DNA of 56,948 bases, the filler included, from Streblomastix strix (Eukaryota): NCBI GenBank assembly GCA_008636045.1. It is 3 parts of 3 records of this genome, joined end to end, with 100 filler letters (N's around TTAATTAATTAA, not from the genome) between each part and the next. Parts side by side here need not be neighbours in the genome. Positions count along the whole stretch, not along the records: positions 38,053 to 56,948 come from SNRW01000561.1; 2 more parts are not named here. One strand, written 5' to 3'. A model generated the notes under the pieces. That model worked only from the letters and a program-made list of their open reading frames with translations, did not search any database and was not told the DNA's origin. The stretch's first letter is position 1. The number at the start of each line of letters is the position of its first letter. The position numbers and the translations under genes are program-made. Positions 51,199 to 56,948 of the stretch are shown here, piece by piece.

Positions 51199-54100
51199 TC
51201 ATATGTGTTTTTATTCTTCTAATACCGTCGCACTATCCCCCCAAGTTATGACGGGGATGCAGATGAAGCTATTGCAGTTACATGTCCACTGATCGCATTC
51301 TGAACTACATAAGATATTTTATGTCGATGACGAACTTTGACTGTTTATTCAACTTTATTTTCGATAATTTAATTTTCATGACTTTCTCCTTCTTCTAAAT
51401 GTTATTCGTCTTTAATTAACTATTTTTTATCTTAGTTCTAATTCTAATTAGTTCTCAATTTATTAATTTCAACATTTTATTCATCATCTTAATCTTGCTT
51501 TTGTTCATCTTTTACTTCTACAATAAAATTCTCTGATGACCAAGTTGGATGAATAGCAACTGGACTTCTATAATCACAACGATGTGAATCACGATATGTA
51601 TCTGTATAATGAACCTGAAATATATATAATATATAATTATTATAATTAAATATATTATTTTTATATATAATAAAATATTAATTGAATAATTGAAAACTTG
51701 AGCCAATAATTCTGTTTGTGGAATAATTCCAGAATCTTTCAATGTTTGATCTTTATCTTCTTTTCCATCTTTCTCTTTATCTTTTTCATTTTCTTATTAT
51801 TAGTCTGATTATTTAATATTTGATTCAATTTCTTGTATTTTATCATCTTTGTATTCATCAATATTCAAATCCGAAATCTTTTCCATACTTTTCTTATTAA
51901 TATTCTTTTTCTCTTCATTTTCATCAATCAGTTCTTTTCTTTATTTTTATTCATCTGTTTCTGCGAATGGATCTAATGATAGAGAAAATGGAATTGTATT
52001 TGGAATTGATTGAATAAACATTAATGAAATATAATTAAATAATAAATAATTAAAATTATATTAGAATGGATTATAAAATTATTATTAAACTATTTATTGT
52101 AATTTTTATTATATTATTAAATAAACCTGTTAAACTGGTGTTTCACTTCAATCAATTGGAAGATTTGGAAGAGAAAGCGAAATTGGGTGAAGAAAAGATG
52201 ATTATGATGATGATGGAATATCAATTGATTTATTATCTTCACCTTTTCCATTTAAATACTCAATGATTCTTCTTATTATTTTATCTTCAATTATTCTTTC
52301 AATTTAATTTCATTCTCTTTTTCTTTCTCTTTCTCTTTCATTTTTAATTTCTTTTATTTATTCATCTAATATTCATACTTCAATTATTATCCCTTCTAAT
52401 TTTCCTTGAACTATATCTCATCTTCAATAGCAGACACTACTCATGATGCTTTCTCAATCTGGGCGCTGTATGAGACAATTCTGATCTGAACACTTTTATG
52501 GTCAAGTGTTGCAATGAGACTAGATTTGTCTTTGTCTGATGGAATTTATGGTGAAAACGATGAATATGGAGATATATAGGTTGGAAAGAGATTAGATTAT
52601 TGGGAATGATGAAAATTTTTATAATGAAGATTATTATTATTATTAAATTGAGTTACAATTTGAGAAAGAAAATGGGTTTGATTTGTCAATTTTGTTGTTA
52701 TTTGTTTTAGTATCTTTTTTCAAATTCTTTTTAGATTCCCTTTATTTTAGGTTTAATTCTTCTTTTTCATTCAAATTCATAATAATTTCGTTTTTGTTAT
52801 TATTTTCATTATCTTTGATCATTTCTATTCTACTTCCTCCTCCCCAACCATTTGATCCTCCGATTATTCATATGAATATGGATTAGCACTGTCTTCCATC
52901 ATGAGTTCTGATATGAAATGAAGATGAAAATAGATTCAATAAATCATGATATGATTTAATTAGTGTGCTTAATTTTTATAATTTTATTAAATTTGATATT
53001 AATCCAAAAATGTTATCATAATAATTTTTTCCGTGTTATTCACAGAAAAAATTTATTCTTATATCTCTTCCATTTTTTCTTATTGGTGATTCAGGTGAAA
53101 GTAATAACCATGTCAGAAATCCACTTCTCATTACTTTTGCAACATCTGACCAAACATTGACCACTCTACATGATTTCAATGGTTCTTAGGTAAATTCATA
53201 TTATATACAAACGTAGACTGTGTGAAACTCCTTCTTAAGGATTTCGAAAGGAAAAGATAAATATTTTTTTTCAATTTCTCCATTAACTGGGCTTCTAAAT
53301 AGAATTGTAATGGTAAATAGTTGAACCTGATATGATATAAATATTTTAAGGTTTTTAATTAATAATATTAAATTTTCAGTCAAATAAAATTTTTTTATAA
53401 TTTATTTTCAAACTTTTTCTCTTTTATAGAAGCTTCTATTAGCTTACTCATCATCATATGGAAGATCAATATCCTGTTTGAAATCGTAAATAATCACCGC
53501 TTCTTTCAATTTTATATTTGTTACTTTATCTTTGAATACTAATTTTTATGTAATATTTGTTTATAAATGCTATTTATAAAAATCATATGCCAAATTTTCA
53601 TTTTTAGTTAGTTTTTTATTATTTTTAACTTTTCTAACTATTCTTTTCATTTTTTGACAAATGTTACATATATTACTTCATAATTTTACTTTGAAGAAGA
53701 ATGTACTGATGAAAGAGCAAAAGTATGGATATGATATAGTTGACCATTTATATTTATTTAAATAATCATTATGAAGAATTTTTTTTTGATTAGTGGTATT
53801 ATCTCAAATTAACCTGTTTATATTTTTCATTTCTTTTGTACTAATCTCATTTTTATTCTTTGTAATTTTCAGCTAAATTTTATTTTGAATTTATTGCAAT
53901 AAATTTAGAAGAAGAAAGTGGTGATCCTTCAGGTTATTCTTCGAGGATGTTGTCGTCTTTAATTTATTATTTTAAATTAAATTTTATTTCTTCACCAATA
54001 CGTTAAACTTTTATAATTTAATTTTCTGGATCTGATTCAACAATAATTAATTCCTCTTAAACTGTTTCAAGGTAAAGATCTGCTCCTTCAAGGTATCGAT

Positions 54101-54837
54101 AATATCTTGTTTAATCAGATTTTTGAATCATAAATTTATACACATAGACTTTATCTTTATCATTTCTTTTATTCCAGGGAATATGACCACTTCTTGTTGA
54201 TTGCAAATCAGGAGAAGTTTTATTGCTGTAATGTTAGCTATAATTTCCATTAAACCATTCCTAAACCATTCCCTTTCATGAAAATGTTTGAGCGAGGCAC
54301 TTCAATAGATGACATATGTATTGTTCTGGGAGCAAATTAAAAAGTTGTAACAATTGATATACCAATTCATAAAATCTTTCTGTTTTAATAAAAAATAAAA
54401 ATATATTAAAAATTTGATTTAATTTAAAATTCAAATAAATATTACATGAGTATTCAATAAAAGCAGCATCAAGAACGCATTTCCCTTCGAACGAATAAAA
54501 AAAGTAAAAACTATAATGCCTCTTCTGAATCAGTCTTAGACATTTATTCAAGCATAATGACAAAATTCTATTTCCAAGACAACCATTTCGCTATTGAAAT
54601 TTTATGCACCGGTTTACGTTTTAAATGAATTTTCTCAATTGCGGTTACAAATGGTATTAATGTGCGCACTCTACAAATTTCAGAGTCAGAGAAACTTTCT
54701 GAATTCGAAGATTCCTCATCTAATAAAGAGATTAATCTAATTTTAGTATATATATATAATTTATTAAAATATTATATTGAAAAATAAAATTATTTTATAA
54801 ACTCGTTTGGTGTATCTATAGGATTAGAAGAAATCAT
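51199..54837 (-). pseudogene. Intron-containing Sola(2)-type transposase with a long acidic/Ser-rich C-terminal extension
   Basis: ICNIC, IIYDFKQDI, VWSDVAK and INFFCEQHGKNYYDNIFG, in the same order as the copies at 5700-8340. Several AT-rich introns; TGAs and frameshifts. Confidence 0.7.
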
Positions 54838-56948
54838 TTTAGAATTTTCTAAAGGAATTTTGAATTTTTGAAACATAAGTGTAATATTATTTCATTTATA
54901 AATAAATTTATTTAAAAAATATTTTTTTTCATCCATATCCATGCGAAAATCGATTTATAATTTTTATTATAATAAATTTTTATAGATTCTGTATTCATAT
55001 GTTAATATTTTATTATCAAATCCTAATATTACGAAACACTATGAAAACTTAGATATGCGCAAATACTTCCCCATATTATTAAAATTTATTTTAATTTAGA
55101 AAAATAATTTTTTTATATATTTTTTTTTGAAGATGAATTTTTAAATATTTTTAAATTTTTACAAATATTTATTTTATTAGTATTTTCTTTAATTATAGAT
55201 TTTTTGAAATTTTGATTGATTCTCTTTTAATTTTGAACTTCAATATATTTTTTAATACTTTAATGAATCTTACTCTGGATGAATTTAGGTATAAAAATTG
55301 ACTCGAAATAGATTTCTGCTGGTATCAAGCGTCCAATACAAGAACGTGTGAGTGCTGCAACCCTAAAATTAGTGCTCAAAGCAATGATTGTATGAAGTAA
55401 ATTTTGGTTACTTGATTTTATATACACAAAAGGAGCTGCAAATATTCAATTTTTTAATAATGGTACATTAACAATGCTATAAGAAGATATGAACTAAGAA
55501 TAGGAAGATGCTGAAGAAGGAAATTATCTACATTAAACAATAATTATCTTTACAAAAAGATATTTAAAATTTTCAATGAAACTTATTAGATTTTTTATAA
55601 TTACAAATACGCAAAAACAAGTTTGTAAATTAATACAAAAATTATAATTCAAAAAATGTATAATTTTTTTTTAATTTAAGTTATTAATAAAAAAGTTTAA
55701 ATCAATAATTAATATTTGATATTGTAATTTCTTCATAATTATTATATTCGTTGCTTGCAGTTGATATTGATGTTATCCAACCAAATCTAAAATCTATATT
55801 TTTTATAAAAAAAAACTTTGACCTCATATAATTTTAATATCTCATCTATATTAAAAATTAAATATATGATTAAAAACTATTAGTTAAATAAATAAAAAAT
55901 AAATAACTTAAGAGTTTTCATCATTCAACTATTTTTTGGTTAGACATATTAAAAATTAAACATAGACATGAAGATTTTTTGTTAATTTTTACAATATTCT
56001 TAACTAATAATTTAGCATAATTTTTTATCATTTATTTACGTATTAAATAAACTTTGAAATTATAGTTGGAATAAATTTGGCTTCTTAAAAAAAATTTTAA
56101 AAACGTATTACAATTCTTTAAATATAATTTAATTAATTAAATATTTTTAATTCTATTATTTATTTAAAAAATTTAATTTTTTAAATTATATAAAAAATTT
56201 TTTTTTAGAAAAATAAATTTTGAGTTAAAATACCAAAAAATCACTTTATTAAAACGTATTTATCTAATTGGCGCGAAATATACTAGAAATTTTTGAAGGT
56301 GATAAATAAAAGCTCTTTTTAGAATAAACAATACATTTTATAAAAATATAAGATTAGTTAGGCATCTGTTAGTTTTAAATAGAAGTACAAGATGTTAACT
56401 AAACAGACAATTCAGAAAAGTCAGAAGATTAAGAAGAATCTTATTCATCATTTTTCTTTCCATCATTTTTTATTTTTATTTGAGTCATATTTTGACTAAT
56501 TATTATTATTCATTATCAATTTTTTAATTATTTTAACAATTCTATCTCCAACTGAAAGATTTTTCACCATTTAAGTAAGAGACTGATGAGCTATCAATTA
56601 ACTACAATTGGATGGTTCCGCCCAGGAGCGACATCCATAATTTTATTTAACAAAAAAATATTAAATGAATTTTATAAGCAATTTTCATTAGTGTAAAATT
56701 CTAAATTTTGCATATGCATGAAAATCTGAAAAAAATATTATTTTTTTCCTACGCTATCAGATGAGTGCGTTATGCTTTGATTTTTAAAAAATTATTTTTA
56801 TAAAAATATTTAAATTTATTTTATATCTTAAAATTTTAGAAACAGCCGTAAGCGCTGATGGAAATCGATGAAATAAGAAATTCTCGATTTTTTCTTGAAG
56901 TACGTTTAATACTGCTATTAATTTAGTTTATTTTATTTACTTTTAAAT

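Noticed and set aside
4543..54563. Most ORFs in the supplied standard-code track (e.g. 4543-4848, 18089-18304, 52683-52886)
   Set aside because: They are antisense shadows of K/E/Q-rich frames or fragments of longer table-6 genes. The F/L-rich 'membrane proteins' are artefacts.
55270..56640. Short coding-like patches (possible hAT tail at 55270-55560; acidic patch at 56400-56640)
   Set aside because: Too degenerate to assign.

Overview
Very AT-rich eukaryotic DNA made of three unrelated ~18.9 kb contigs (1-18935, 19036-37952, 38053-56948) joined by artificial N44-TTAATTAATTAA-N44 spacers. The supplied ORF track is largely misleading. Long, motif-bearing frames appear only when TAA/TAG are read as Gln and TGA is the sole stop (NCBI table 6). 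Together with short AT-rich introns, this suggests an oxymonad such as Streblomastix; that host is inferred, not proven. Contig 2 carries a compact, intron-less, partly decayed endogenous Polinton/Maverick-like DNA virus of at least 15 kb, written in the host's variant code. It encodes a protein-primed PolB with Zn-finger and HNH-like inserts, an A32-type packaging ATPase, probable major and minor capsid proteins, two phage-tail-fibre-like proteins, a 69-aa amphipathic peptide, a 2-TM protein and several ORFans. Contig 1 is a transposon graveyard: two fragments of a second Polinton-like lineage with IQ motifs, Sola-type transposases, a MITE, an internally deleted mariner, hAT and DIRS-like remnants. 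Contig 3 holds host genes (DUF1295, a kinase with an 11-mer hydrophobic repeat tail, an unknown protein) plus hAT and Sola-type transposase pseudogenes. The least expected signal is a family of ~27-nt GC-rich double-hairpin elements inserted in frame into the viral genes. All translations were done by eye; boundaries of decayed features are approximate.
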